From Eledone cirrhosa (Eukaryota): a stretch of DNA of 64,000 bases. Each line of letters opens with the position of its first letter. Position 1 is the first letter of the stretch. Shown here one piece after another: positions 1 to 14,261 of this stretch. The stretch is taken from NCBI GenBank assembly GCA_964016885.1, contig OZ024740.1, positions 172,298,001 through 172,362,000 on the forward strand, read 5' to 3'. The translations under genes were made by a program, and so were the position numbers. The notes beneath the pieces were generated by a model. It had not been told where the DNA came from and searched no databases. It worked only from the letters and a program-made list of their open reading frames with translations.

Positions 1-342
1 ATATTTATAAGTATAGTTTAAGGTTGTAAGTATATTTTAGTTTATTATATTACAACGGGTTATTTATATAAGTATTTATATAAATATTTTTGATGAGTAT
101 ATGTTGTTATTTTCACTAGATAGATAATTTAAATATTTTTATATATGTTAAGGGTTACGAAGAATTTTGTGAGCACTCTGCATTGTGGATAGTTTTAACG
201 TACGGCGTTGTTTGACTCAACAAGAGGTTTCCATAGTTAAGTAGCGTGTTCGCGAGATTTCTTATGCAGGTTATTCTTGGAATAATAATAGTGAAAGATT
301 GAAGAATAACATGGTCGGCTGTACAAAAAGGGTTTTATTTCA

Positions 343-455
343 AGTATTAACAATTGTTTCATTAATCAGGTGAGTCTAAAGGCCACTAATCACGCGAAGT
401 TGCGTCACTCGATCTTAAATACAGTGTTTACCTCTGATCAAATCATTGGAATACT
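343..455 (-). ncRNA. Decayed type I hammerhead ribozyme in the Penelope 3' region
   Basis: Minus strand: AGTATT-CCAATGA (core CTGATGA with TG>CA), long stem II TTGATCAG/CTGATTAA, GAAA-CAATTG-TT-AATACT. Confidence 0.55.
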
Positions 456-495
456 GGAGGTTTTACATATGGCATTGGTAAATATAGATACATCA

Positions 496-684
496 ATAAT
501 TGTTTCTACTTTTGGCACAAGGCCAGCAATTACACAGTAGATTAATGGTACTTTATTTTATCGACCCCATAAGGATGAAAGGCAAAGTTGACCTCGGCGG
601 GATTTGAACTCAGAATGGCAAGGGCCGTAACTCTATATGTCAAAGCATGGCGTCCGACCCTCTACCGATACTGCCAATTCACCG
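496..684 (-). mobile_element. tRNA-derived SINE with Deu/Nin-like core (Octopus OK-like)
   Basis: Minus strand: B-box GAGTTCAAATCCC, core TTTGCCTTTCATCCTT..GGGGTCGATAAAA..GTACC, tail AGAAACAATTATT. More than 15 related copies in the window. Confidence 0.85.
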
Positions 685-1297
685 TAAAATATGATAATAA
701 AGAAGTAAAGAGGTTAGAATGAAGATGATATAGATGTGAAAAATAAGTAAAAAAATAATAAGTACAGAATACGATTGCTGATAATAGTGGTGGTGGTGGT
801 GATGATTAAAGTTACAGTGGTGAGTAAGTGTATGTGTAAAGACGTGGTGAGGGTAGAGATAATACAAACAAGAAAAGAAACATTGAATACATACATAGGT
901 AGTGGTCAAATCTCAGAGGGTTAGAGTAGAAAATAAAAAAATAGTAACAAATGATAGATAAAAGATAAAAAATAATAAATAAAAAATTAATTGAGAGGGG
1001 AAGAGATACGAGCATGAGACATAAGGGGTAGGGCTAAGGACGGGAAGGAGTAGATAGGTAGATAGAGAATAAAAATTGAGAGGGAGAGTTTTGATATATG
1101 TGTGTGGTAAATGTCTCGCAGGCTGATTGTCTTATATTAATGGGAGTGATGTGGCTTTAGGGAGAGAGAGTGAAAGAAAGGTTTAGTTGATTTAGTGACC
1201 AGTTGGTCAGTTGACAGTTAATAACAGTGGGGTGGCATGTTGTCAGTACATTAAAATCCGGGTGGTTCGGCTTGAATTCTGAGATTGCTGAATTGAA

Positions 1298-1730
1298 TCA
1301 TGTTGGTTTGAAATTTGCGAACTTAGTAGCTGGTTTGTGCCTACAGAAAATTGATCGTTCTATTTTGCTGTTAAGCAGCATTTTATCCTATTTTAAAACA
1401 TGGAACAGCTCCATATTGCAAAGTCCGCAGTGGAACATTCCATTGTCGTAGGCCCTTGTTCCTGATAATTTCTCCAGCTAATCCCATATTCCTGGTTTGT
1501 GTCCATAAGCTGCTAGATTTTATTGGCCAGCGTTGTTGAGTTCTCTAGTCTACGGTTCTTTATAGAGTGTATGTGAACGTACCATCTTTTTTTGAATTCC
1601 CCAGGCGTGGAACCTATATAGTGCCATGCTAAGTTGCCCGAATTTATAGTACACAGATACACTATACTTGATTCCAGGCATCTATTTTGTAGTGGGCACT
1701 TATCCGACAAGTGGCAGTTACAGTTGGAGG
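1298..1730 (-). pseudogene. GIY-YIG endonuclease of a Penelope-like element, with stops and frameshift
   Basis: CNCHLSDKCPLQNRC (CxCx5C), IVYLC..YIGST..FKKRW..H, then CGLC..E and FCRH. Confidence 0.85.
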
Positions 1731-2029
1731 CCTTCCTGTGTGCAGATTCTCCGTTGCGGTTTTGTATGTTTTATGGATGAGCTGAGATTTAGGCTTATTG
1801 ATGTTTTGTTGCGATGCGCCCTGATGTGTGTGTGGTTGTGATGTTATTATGTGTTTGCGTTTTGTATTTGGTGCTATGGTGTATGTTGGTAGGTTATTTT
1901 CCTTAGAGATTCTTTTATAGTTGATTTTATGTATGTGTGATTCTATGTTGGCTGCAGTAGAGTAAGAGAGTTTGATAGTTTTTCTGTTAAAGATTCTATG
2001 GTATTTGTGTAGTTTGTTTGTCAATTAGC

Positions 2030-3393
<1,364 letters not shown>

Positions 3394-3597
3394 CAAAGTT
3401 GCAAACGAAAAATAAAAATGAGAATCGTCGGACGAACAAATAGAAGCACTTATCTTCCTCCTCAGTCATCCGTTGGCCAATGCAATATCGCGTCTAACTG
3501 TGGTGTTGCCCAATTTTAAGCGCAGGTAGCGTGTTGGCATGAAGAAGCTGCTGGAAATATGTATATGTGACAACACAACAACGTAGAGACACAGGAC

Positions 3598-3788
3598 AAT
3601 AATTGTTTCTACTTTTTGCACAAGGCCAGCAATTATCTCAGTGCATTATTGGTACTTCATTTTATCGACCCCGTAAGGATGAAAGGTAAAGTTAACCTCG
3701 ACGGGATTTGAACTCAGACCTTAAAGAGCCGTAACTCTATGCTGCAAAGCATTGTATCGGACCCCATACCGATACTGCCAATCCACCG
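3598..3788 (-). mobile_element. tRNA-derived SINE, same family as 496-684
   Basis: Collinear with 496-684. Confidence 0.85.
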
Positions 3789-3946
3789 AATAATGAAGTG
3801 TCTTTCAACTAGAACAGCAAAGTGAATACGTAAGCAAATAACAATAAAATATCTCACGACTGGAAACATCACAGGCAAGTTATACACACACATATATGTG
3901 TGTATGTGTATGTGTGTGTATGTGTTCATGTGTATGTGTGTATATG

Positions 3947-4020
<74 letters not shown>

Positions 4021-4021
4021 G

Positions 4022-4087
<66 letters not shown>

Positions 4088-4496
4088 TAAAGAGTACAGC
4101 ATGTCCAGAGAATTATTTGATAATATATATACATCATCTCTCAATCAGCATAATTAACCACACAAAAAATCAATTAGACCAGGCTATAAGAATAAAAAGG
4201 CATCTATGAAGAAACAGTAAATAAATATACTATTGCAGCGTCTTCGCGCACAACCACTATAGAATATTTACCCAACATTTCAACAGCACGTGGAAATTAA
4301 TTAAATATACGGTCAACCATACATAATTAGGTAAAAATTGTTTTAGGCGGTAGTCTCCTTCCTCCTATTTTCGAGACAGTGTGAGATTTTCTTTAGAACT
4401 GCTGGACTAACAACCTAGCAGCTCCCTCAAGCACTGATGGTGATTATCGCTAAATATTGATGTTGATTTGGTTATCAATATTAATATTATTGGGCA

Positions 4497-4617
4497 CCAC
4501 TGAAGAATTATAAGAGCCCACTTGTATAAGTATCTGTTGATCTTATACAAGCTTCTACATAACTTGGTATAATTTCACTCAACTTGGAGAAATCTTATAA
4601 TGAAACGAGTCGTCTGG
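4497..4617 (+). ncRNA. Type I hammerhead ribozyme with extended stem II
   Basis: CCA-CTGAAGA-ATTATAAGA...TCTTATAAT-GAAA-CGA G TCG-TC-TGG; intact core and a 9-bp stem II. Confidence 0.7.
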
Positions 4618-4782
4618 GAAGTGATATATTTGATATATCTCATATGAAATGATACAGCCAATTTTCCACATAATACAATTAGTTAGCACCCCGAACGTTT
4701 AATTAGGAATATATTCAGCTATTTCCTAATGTTTGTTGAGTGAGTTGGAATTTGGCCGGAGTATCGCTATTAGCTTTCTCCG

Positions 4783-4835
<53 letters not shown>

Positions 4836-4840
<5 letters not shown>

Positions 4841-5282
4841 TGTAATAAACAACATAAGATAATTATTTCATTTACCAGTGGTTTCTTGAAGGCAGATGCT
4901 ATGTCTGTCTTCAGTCGTCAGAATGAATAAATAACATGGTGTTTTTATTAAATATGGATTTGAAAACAAAATTTAGGAAATATGAAAGTGGGGCTGAAAA
5001 AACGGGCAAAAAGGAAATAGGGGGAAAATATATATATATAAATAAATATCCAGAACATAAACATATACACACTCAACCACTTATATATTTAATTTGTCGG
5101 TTATTCAACAAAAATATATAGATTTGAAAACAAAATTTAGGAAATATGAAAGTGTGGCTGAAAAAACGGGCAAAAAGGAAATAGAGGAAAAAAAATATAT
5201 ATAAATAAATATCCAGAACATAAACATACACACACTCAACCACTTATATATTTAATTTGTCGGGTATTCAACAAAAATATAT
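4836..5282 (-). mobile_element. HHR-bearing pLTR-like repeat, inverted copy of 9175-9415, with an internal ~160-bp tandem duplication
   Basis: Reverse complement of 9175-9415; 4958-5120 is repeated at 5121-5282. Confidence 0.75.
4867..4927 (-). ncRNA. Type I hammerhead ribozyme
   Basis: Minus strand: TTCATT-CTGACGA-stem II-GAAA-CCA C TGG-TA-AATGAA. Confidence 0.85.
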
Positions 5283-5700
5283 AATTTTATAACTGATTCG
5301 AAGCACACGACAAGTCTTCTGGAGTATAATATCATTTTTTCATTTTTTCAATGTTTGGTACCCTTTTTATACTCCCACCTGCGAACGTGTGTGTATTTAT
5401 AGTTTGTCTGCCTATATGTTTATGCACACGCACACGTATGTGTATGTATGCATGCATGTGTTTGTGTGTGTGTTTCTATATTTATGTATACATGTGTGTA
5501 TATATGTATATATATATATGTATGTGTGTATGAGTATGTATATATATTTTTGTATATATGTGTATATATGTGTGTATGGATTTACGTTTATGTTTATATG
5601 TAAGCGTGTGTTGATTTTTTATTGCGTGCGTGTGTACGTATGTATGTGGATGTGTGTGTAGTTATATGTATGTATGTGTATATATATATGTGTGTATATG

Positions 5701-5784
<84 letters not shown>

Positions 5785-5789
<5 letters not shown>

Positions 5790-6490
5790 AAGTATGTATG
5801 TATATGTACATACATATATGTATACAGACGTACAGTAGTATGTATAAATATACATACATGCACACATATATATGTACGTATGGGTTTACCGAGCATTTAT
5901 TATAATGCTCTGTTTGTTTGTAAACAAACAGCCCGAATTACGCCGTACAGTGTTAAGGCAACCATCGTCGCCTTTTTGTTCAGCACTGACACAGGAACGA
6001 TGTACTAGTTTCAAGCTTATTAGCTATCGTCAGCATTTCGTTTCATTCTTTTCCATTTATCGTTTTCGGTGCGCGCGGCCGACTAACTCACTCGAGATGC
6101 AAATTAGGCTGCTCAGCCGTTAATACGCATAAGGAAAGTATACACTTTCAGACGTTCAATCATCTGACAGGAAGGTATACGATGCTGACGATAGCTAATA
6201 AGCTTGAAACTAGTACATCGTTCCTGTGTCAGTGTTGAACAAAAAGGCGACGATGGTTGCCTGAATACTGTACGGCGTAATTCGGGCTGTTTGTTTACAA
6301 ACAAACCGAGCATTATAATAAATGCTCGGTAAAGTCATACGTACATATATATATATGTGTGCATGTATGTATATATATATATACATACTACTGTACGTCT
6401 GTATACATATATGTATGTACGTATACATACTTACATTTAAGTACGAGCCGTACTAAGAGTGAGAAATGAAATTTCGTTTCATTCTTTTCT
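5785..6490 (+). mobile_element. Retrozyme-like non-coding element (436-bp unit) preceded by an inverted partial copy
   Basis: ATTTCGTTTCATTCTTTT occurs at 6035 and 6471 (period 436). 5785-6036 is the reverse complement of about 6182-6436. Homologous to 52222-53170. Confidence 0.8.
6179..6221 (+). ncRNA. Minimal type I hammerhead ribozyme (inverted copy at about 5997-6036)
   Basis: ACGATG-CTGACGA-T AGCT AATA AGCT T-GAAA-CTAG-TA-CATCGT; palindromic stem III ACTAGT. Confidence 0.9.
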
Positions 6491-6501
6491 CTCTCTCTCT
6501 T

Positions 6502-6563
<62 letters not shown>

Positions 6564-6570
6564 TCTCTCA

Positions 6571-6610
<40 letters not shown>

Positions 6611-6681
6611 ATGTATATTTATATATATATTTATTTATATATATACATATATGTGTGTGTGTGTTTGTATGTGTGTATACT

Positions 6682-6748
<67 letters not shown>

Positions 6749-7013
6749 ATGTGTGTATGTATATGTATATATATATGCATCTCGTGTGTATTTGTTTATT
6801 TTTAAGTTGTTTTTATTTATTCCCCCCTCCCTCCCACACACAAACCTTTCGTTGTCAACACATCGCTTTTTGACTTTATTTTGACTTTGATTTTCTTATA
6901 TATATATATATATTTTTTTTTTGAATTTTTTGTTCTTATTTATTTATTTAGTTATTTCTGCTTCTAAACTACTTCCCAATGGCTCGCACATATCGATATG
7001 TGCATGTGCATGT

Positions 7014-7113
<100 letters not shown>

Positions 7114-7256
7114 TCAGGTTTGAGGTTCACCACTGTATAGAGCTGGTCTATTCCGTATGGACAATCGTAATGCAATAATATAGAGAGTACTCAACGTAAG
7201 GCAGTTCAACCGTCTTTGTTTTTGTAGTTGGTGGTGCTATTACGGAGTTAAATATT

Positions 7257-7534
7257 ATAATGAAATGGCAGGAGGCTGGATTTGTGTAAATCCTTGAAAG
7301 GTTTATTATACTATCATCATTTCAATGACCGGGTTCCGTATGAATCCGGTGATATCATCAGGTATTCGAATGTAATAGATAAAATCCATGGATTTTATCT
7401 ATTACATTCACGTTTTATATTTCGAATACCTGATGATATCACCGGATTCATACGGAACCCGGTCATTGAAATGATGATAGTATAATAAACCTTTCAAGGA
7501 TTTACACAAATCCAGCCTCCTGTCATTTCATTAT
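7257..7534. repeat. Fold-back palindrome with 114-bp arms and a nested spacerless 42-bp palindrome
   Basis: 7257-7370 is nearly the exact reverse complement of 7421-7534; 7368-7409 is self-complementary. Confidence 0.95.
7426..7483 (+). ncRNA. Type I hammerhead ribozyme (mirror copy on the minus strand at about 7308-7365)
   Basis: ATAC-CTGATGA-stem II (ACCGG/CCGGT)-GAAA-T GATG A-TA-GTAT. Confidence 0.75.
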
Positions 7535-7565
<31 letters not shown>

Positions 7566-7675
7566 TTACCAATATAAAAGACACAGAAGCGAAAAGCGAA
7601 AACCAACCAAACAGTGAGTGTGTTCTGTTATTAATTCTGGCAATATTACACAAATATGACCCTCCCCAAGTATAA

Positions 7676-7767
<92 letters not shown>

Positions 7768-7770
<3 letters not shown>

Positions 7771-8513
7771 AAATTAAAAGATGGTTAAAATAGTTCCATA
7801 TATTTTATTATGCGCATTTCGAAAACAACATCATCCTGGGACAAAAATTGTTTTTATTTTTTTTATTTTATTTTATTTTAAAAACCTTTTTTATACTTAT
7901 TTTAATTTAATTATAATTTTCATTTTATTAATACATTTTTACACTTCTTAATCCAATTTTTAGCATTTAAACCCAATATAAAATAATATACCCAGTTTCT
8001 ATATTTTAGACCTATAATATTTGAATACCATCTATAATATTCGCACATAAACCTCATCAATTTAATTTTTAACCGTTATTTACAGCTTGTTTTATTTTGA
8101 CAGCGTTCCTGATCAAAAGTCTCTCTCACTCTCTTTCTCTTTCTCTCTCTTCCTTCTTTCCCTTTTCCTTTTTTCCTCTCTTCACTTTCTTTTTCCTTCT
8201 CCTTCGTCTTTCCTTTTCTTCTATTTTCCTATTTTATTCTTACTATTATATTTCTGTCATATGTAGACTTTGCACTTTCCTGTTGACAAGTGTTTTTAGG
8301 TCTCATATCATATTACCTTATTTTATCTGATGAGAACACAATTTTTGTCCCAGGATGATGTTGTTTTCGAAATGCACATAATAAAATATATGGAACTTTT
8401 TTAACCATCTTCTAATTTCTTCTTTAATATATATTCCAGTTCTACCAACTGTTGAGTGGTACTTACCTGATATATGCATAGTTTTATTGTTCTAAAATAT
8501 TACTCACCTTCTT
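7768..8513 (+). mobile_element. Solo Penelope-type pLTR with an inverted 5' arm
   Basis: 7768-7852 is the reverse complement of about 8337-8421; contains an HHR; flanked by (TA)n. Confidence 0.75.
8319..8388 (+). ncRNA. Minimal type I hammerhead ribozyme
   Basis: TATTTTAT-CTGATGA-stem II-GAAA-TGCACA (palindromic TGCGCA in the inverted arm)-TA-ATAAAATA; 8-bp stem I. Confidence 0.85.
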
Positions 8514-8514
8514 C

Positions 8515-8544
<30 letters not shown>

Positions 8545-8547
<3 letters not shown>

Positions 8548-8744
8548 CGAAGGAAATGTGGTAAGGAACCAGGTGGACCATAACGCACCAAAGTACTCAA
8601 TACTTAGGGTAGTAGAGTGGGTAATAGGAACGAGTAGGACCCCGACAGCTGAGCTCAAGCCGTTTCGACGGCTAATTCTGGACAAATGCGTCCAGAATTA
8701 GCCGTCGAAACGGCTTGAGCTCAGCCGTCGGGGTCCTACTCGTT

Positions 8745-8749
<5 letters not shown>
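8545..8749 (-). mobile_element. Short fold-back element with 60-bp arms, same family as 16391-16979
   Basis: 8624-8683 and 8690-8749 are inverted; 79-nt unpaired extension at 8545-8623. Confidence 0.85.
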
Positions 8750-8805
<56 letters not shown>

Positions 8806-8887
8806 ATGTATGTGTATATATATGTGTATATATGTATGTGTGTGTGTGTATGCATGTATATATGTGTGTATGGGTATGTATGTGTAC

Positions 8888-8937
<50 letters not shown>

Positions 8938-9320
8938 ATGTGTATATACACGTGCGCGTATGTATAGAGCTTTTTATTTTTGTTTTTGTGTTTGTATGTT
9001 TGTATGTATTTTTATATGTTTGTGTGTGTGTTTGTGTGTACATATTTGAGTGCATATATATCTGTGTATATGTATGTGTATGTATTTATGTTCCTGTTCG
9101 TATTTCTATGTAGACGCAAATACGCTTATGTGAGAAAGTATACGTCTACGTACTATTACGTATATGAGCGTGGTTGAGTGTGTGTATGTTTATGTTCTGG
9201 ATATTTATTTATATATATATTTTTACCCTATTTCCTTTTTGCCTGTTTTTTCAGCCTCACTTTCATATTTCCTAAATTTTGTTTTCAAATCCATATTTAA
9301 TAAAAACACCATGTTATTTA

Positions 9321-9381
9321 TTCATTCTGACGACTGAAGACAGACATAACATCTGCCTTCAAGAAACCACTGGTAAATGAA
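9321..9381 (+). ncRNA. Type I hammerhead ribozyme
   Basis: TTCATT-CTGACGA-CTGAAG..CTTCAA-GAAA-CCACTGG-TA-AATGAA. Confidence 0.85.
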
Positions 9382-9474
9382 CTAATTATCTTATTTTGTT
9401 TATTACATAACTAATAAGCTCTGTAGCCTACATAGAGCACTCTTTTTTCCTGTACCTTTCCGGCGGAAATACTT

Positions 9475-9600
<126 letters not shown>

Positions 9601-9758
9601 ATTAGAAAGTGAACAACACAAGATATAACTACTCCATTACCAAACGTTTCAGGACTCTAGATAATATTAATATACGTCTAGATCGTTCCACCCACTTTGG
9701 AGTGGGTGAGAGATGTCTTCTCTTGTGAAAATGTGTATAGCTTTCATTATGTAAAATT

Positions 9759-9947
9759 GGCGGTGGATTGGCAGTATCGGCGGAGGGTCGGACGCCATGC
9801 TTTCCAGCATAGTTACGTCCCTTTACGATCTGAGTTCAAATCCCGCCGAGGTTGACTTTGCCTTTCATCCTTACGGGGTCGATAAAATAAAAGTACCAGT
9901 AATGCACTGGGTAATTGCTGGCCTTGTGCCTAAAGTAGAAACAATTA
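9759..9947 (+). mobile_element. tRNA-derived SINE
   Basis: Full-length copy from GGCGGTGGATTGGCAG to AGAAACAATTAT. Confidence 0.85.
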
Positions 9948-10652
9948 TGTAAAATCTCCAGATTTTGCCTCATTTCTACCTGTTTGGGGGCTCCTCTTTT
10001 CATGGTACACCCCGTTTGGGTTTTCAGAGTTTGGCACGTCTGATATATGTGCGTGTGTAATATTAAACCAAATGATTCATAATATAGATGGCCTTTTATG
10101 AGGATGGGTATTGGTGATAAGAATGGTGTAATATACACAAATACAAACTTCGTGATTGGGAAGCGAACTTTGTAACTACTCAGTCATGCTTGTATCAATG
10201 GTCTATGATTTCCTCAAAGGCACCTATCATTGTTTTGTAAAAGTCCCGAGACTGGTTGGATGAAAGGGGAAAGAAACCATAACTCATAAGATACTGCTGA
10301 ATCTGAGAATCGATCTATCGAGCTATCATTAATTCTCAGATCAGAGTAACTGAATCAAATGCTTACATCAGAATAACATGGTCATGGGAAGGTGGTCATG
10401 GGAAGGTGTTAAACAGGTACGGGGGTTCTGCACAGCTTCTGTCTACTTAGTTTCACTCACAAAATGTACAGACACATACAATACATACGTGTCTGCATAC
10501 ACATAAACATATGCATTCACAAGCACACATACATACGCACACACACAAAAACACCAACCATATATAAATTAATAGAAACTCTAAACAGTATTTAAGATAT
10601 GTCAACTCACATTAGATACTGTAAATAAACAGTGACCAACAAAAGGGGGGTT

Positions 10653-10696
10653 AGTCCGACTCGTTTCAACCTCTTTTTATTGCTTCTTCAGAGATC
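10653..10696 (-). ncRNA. Hammerhead-like motif with weak stems
   Basis: Minus strand: TCT-CTGAAGA-AGC..GGTT-GAAA-CGAG-TC-GGA. Confidence 0.45.
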
Positions 10697-11644
10697 GGTT
10701 ATTTATATTTTATGACCAGCTGAAAGATTTATACTATACAGAATCTCAGCTAAAACCGTATTGGTCTGTTCTAATTTGTATGACAGTATATACGTCGACA
10801 ATATATATTAATTAATAAAAGCATTGCACACGTTTTTCTTTATGTATATGAGTTATATGCATCCCAACGCAAGCGACCATGGTAATAGTCGATCACTATA
10901 AACAATACTGCAAAAATAAACAAAATAAAATTTTGAAAATATTTTTATTGTCTGAAGATAGGTAGATACATAGGTAGATAGTTATAGACAGCTATTATTC
11001 TGCTATTGACCATCTTGTCAAGACTGTGTATGAGAGAGAGGTAGATGCTCAAATTACCAGACAAATATAGCACAAAGTGTTTGTCACTTGATTTATACGT
11101 TTTATTATTATGCTATATGTATATCTAATCGTGACAACACGGATTAGAGATATAAAATAAATTATTCAATGCTTCAAAGTAGAGTTTGTTCTTAAAACTC
11201 AATGAATATATATAAAGTTATATCTGTATAAACACAAAGTGTTTAACTGAGATTGCACCAACGTGTATAAATATATACACATATCTAATATGTAGACATG
11301 TAAACATGCCAGAAAACAAGAATTTCCCTGTAAATTGAAACAAAAGCACCATTAATCGATGTGTATTTGGACTCTCTTCAGAAGGTATGTATATCATATA
11401 ATCAGCCACAAGAAAACACGTATTTCACGAGTGTATATACCCGTTCGCTATTAGTATTATTCCGAAATGGATATACGAAATAGCGTTCGTGTTGATATTC
11501 AATTAAGATATATATTAAAAATTCGCTAGCAGCCGTTATATTAGCATAAAAAAAGAGTGTGTAACTGTGACTGCACTAACGTGTATAAATATATACATAT
11601 ATCTAACATGCATGCATATAAATATGCCAGACAATACGAATTTC

Positions 11645-11840
<196 letters not shown>

Positions 11841-11849
11841 TATATATAT

Positions 11850-12545
11850 ATATAATTGAATGTAAAAGAGAGATAAACACAGATATATGTTCAAATCGTA
11901 TGGGACCAGATTCGCTAGGGTGAAAACAATACTAACTATGAACAATAGGGTTTGCCAGACTCAATTCAAAAGAATAAATTAAGAAAAGAAATACAAACCG
12001 ATATTGCGGCAAGTGCCAGACACCCAGACAGCTTTTGGTAATGCTGTTTCGCAATTTTAGTGAAGGGAATTACCAATTATTTTGCTCATCAGTGGGTGTG
12101 AAATTAGTAAACCTCTCACTTCTAAGTATCTCAGAAGACTGAATAGTGTGCGTATATAAAATAACCCACATGGCAGCAGAACCTAGCGTGTCTCATAAAC
12201 GTATACTACTAAAAATAGCAGCCAAGTTTACTCGACATTTAAATTAGCTTAACAAATTCAAGGAGCCGAATATATCAAAGGTATATATTGAGTTAGAAAC
12301 TCAAAATAGACTCGTACAATTAAATAGCTCAAGGAAAGAGGTTTTTCCAGGTCGTGTAATATAAAACCCTATTGGTCATAGTTCAAGCGAATCTGGTCCC
12401 TTACGATTTGAACACATATATGTTTATATCTGTGTTTATCTCTCTTTTATATTCAATTATATTACACGGGCCGGAAAAATCTCTTTCCTTGAGCTATTTA
12501 ATTGTAAGAGAGTTTCTAACTCAATATATACCTTTGACATATATA
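11850..12545. repeat. Rearranged element with two interleaved inverted repeats
   Basis: 11850-11952 inverts 12364-12460; 12270-12362 inverts 12459-12545. Confidence 0.75.
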
Positions 12546-12649
12546 TATATCCAGAGGGTGTAACGTGGAGTTACTGTAGGTTCACCCGGGTGAGGACTCG
12601 ATGTGTAGATTCACTTCTGTGTCGAGGTGTAGAGCTAGACATAGTGTAG

Positions 12650-12870
12650 TATAATAAAAAAAATAACAAGAACGAGTGGTTACTCCTTCATTAGGTTTAT
12701 TGGATGGTGATTCTTTTCCATTACCACTAAAAGGAGTCTGACAAGCCGTACATTACAGAGTCGGGCTAGATCGATACAGATCGAAACTTGAGCTGATCGG
12801 TGGCGAAACACGCGTCACCAACCAATAAACGTAATGAAGGTGTAACCACTCGTCCTTGTTTTATTCTATT
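12650..12870 (+). mobile_element. Diverged fold-back element with a decayed hammerhead (12736-12819)
   Basis: GT-CTGACAA-GCC...GGC-GAAA-CACGCG-TC-AC; about 12660-12710 is an imperfect inversion of 12815-12870. Confidence 0.6.
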
Positions 12871-12899
12871 TGATATATATATATATATATACATGTATG

Positions 12900-13051
<152 letters not shown>

Positions 13052-13307
13052 CTACGTTGTAATACTGGCTTTACTGTTAGAAACATTAAAAGTAGGCCAA
13101 CAATATCAATAACAATGACAACAGCAATAATCATCCCATTTTCTACACAAAAGTATCTTACGTGAAAAAAGTTTTATTTCTATTATCATTAATTTACTGT
13201 TATTTATTTATTTACTACGTCTATTAATTTGCCCATTTCTTTTCTTTTCTCATTCTTCTATCCTCATTTTATTATATTACTACGCATTATTCCTTCAATA
13301 AAAATTA

Positions 13308-13361
<54 letters not shown>

Positions 13362-14029
13362 CTAGAAATTGATTGACATATAAATATACATATGAAACAA
13401 TCACAGGGGATAATTTGTAAAAGTGTGTAAGCACACACAGCTAGGTAGGTAACTAAATAAAGTTTAACTAGAACTTCAAAAATAGATACCTTATAAATTG
13501 ATTAATCTTCCTTGTATATATTCCATTAAAGAAATATATTTCACCAATTAATCGAATGGAAAACCACGGAGGCCAGAACCTGGATCTTCAACAAGGAAGA
13601 GGTCCAGCTATCTGTGTTTACGCATCAAGTTCAAATCAGCGACTGGCCAGTAACACGTGCTGTATCCACTAAAAATACACACATCATACCAGCTTCGTCC
13701 CAGTGGCGTGAATAGGGTTATCGACAACTAGAAACAGCAGTCAAGTCCTTTCAACTGAGTTAGCTCTACAATTAAGGGGCCGTATTTATATATATCCAAA
13801 ATTAAGATAAATTGAATTAAATTAAATTAAATCAAATTAAATTAAGGGTGTCATGCCAGATAGACATGCGCCATATCACCCGTAAAATATGCTCCAAGAT
13901 TCCAATGAGTAGATCCGAGCATTTTATATCAACTAGAAATTGATTGACATATAAATAGACATATGAAACAATCACAGGGGATTCTGTTTTGTTCCCGTTC
14001 AATTTTTTACTATATATATATATATATAT

Positions 14030-14102
14030 AAATGGAAAAAATGCAATTTCATTTCTCACTCTTAGTACGGTTGATACTTAAATATAAGTATATACGTACA
14101 CA
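14030..14102 (-). mobile_element. Fragment of the 420-436-bp retrozyme-like family
   Basis: AATTTCATTTCTCACTCTTAGTACGG matches 52241-52268 and the reverse complement of 6449-6475. Confidence 0.75.
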
Positions 14103-14171
<69 letters not shown>

Positions 14172-14205
14172 GGGGGGGGGGTGAAAAAAAAAAAAAAAAA
14201 AAATA

Positions 14206-14261
<56 letters not shown>

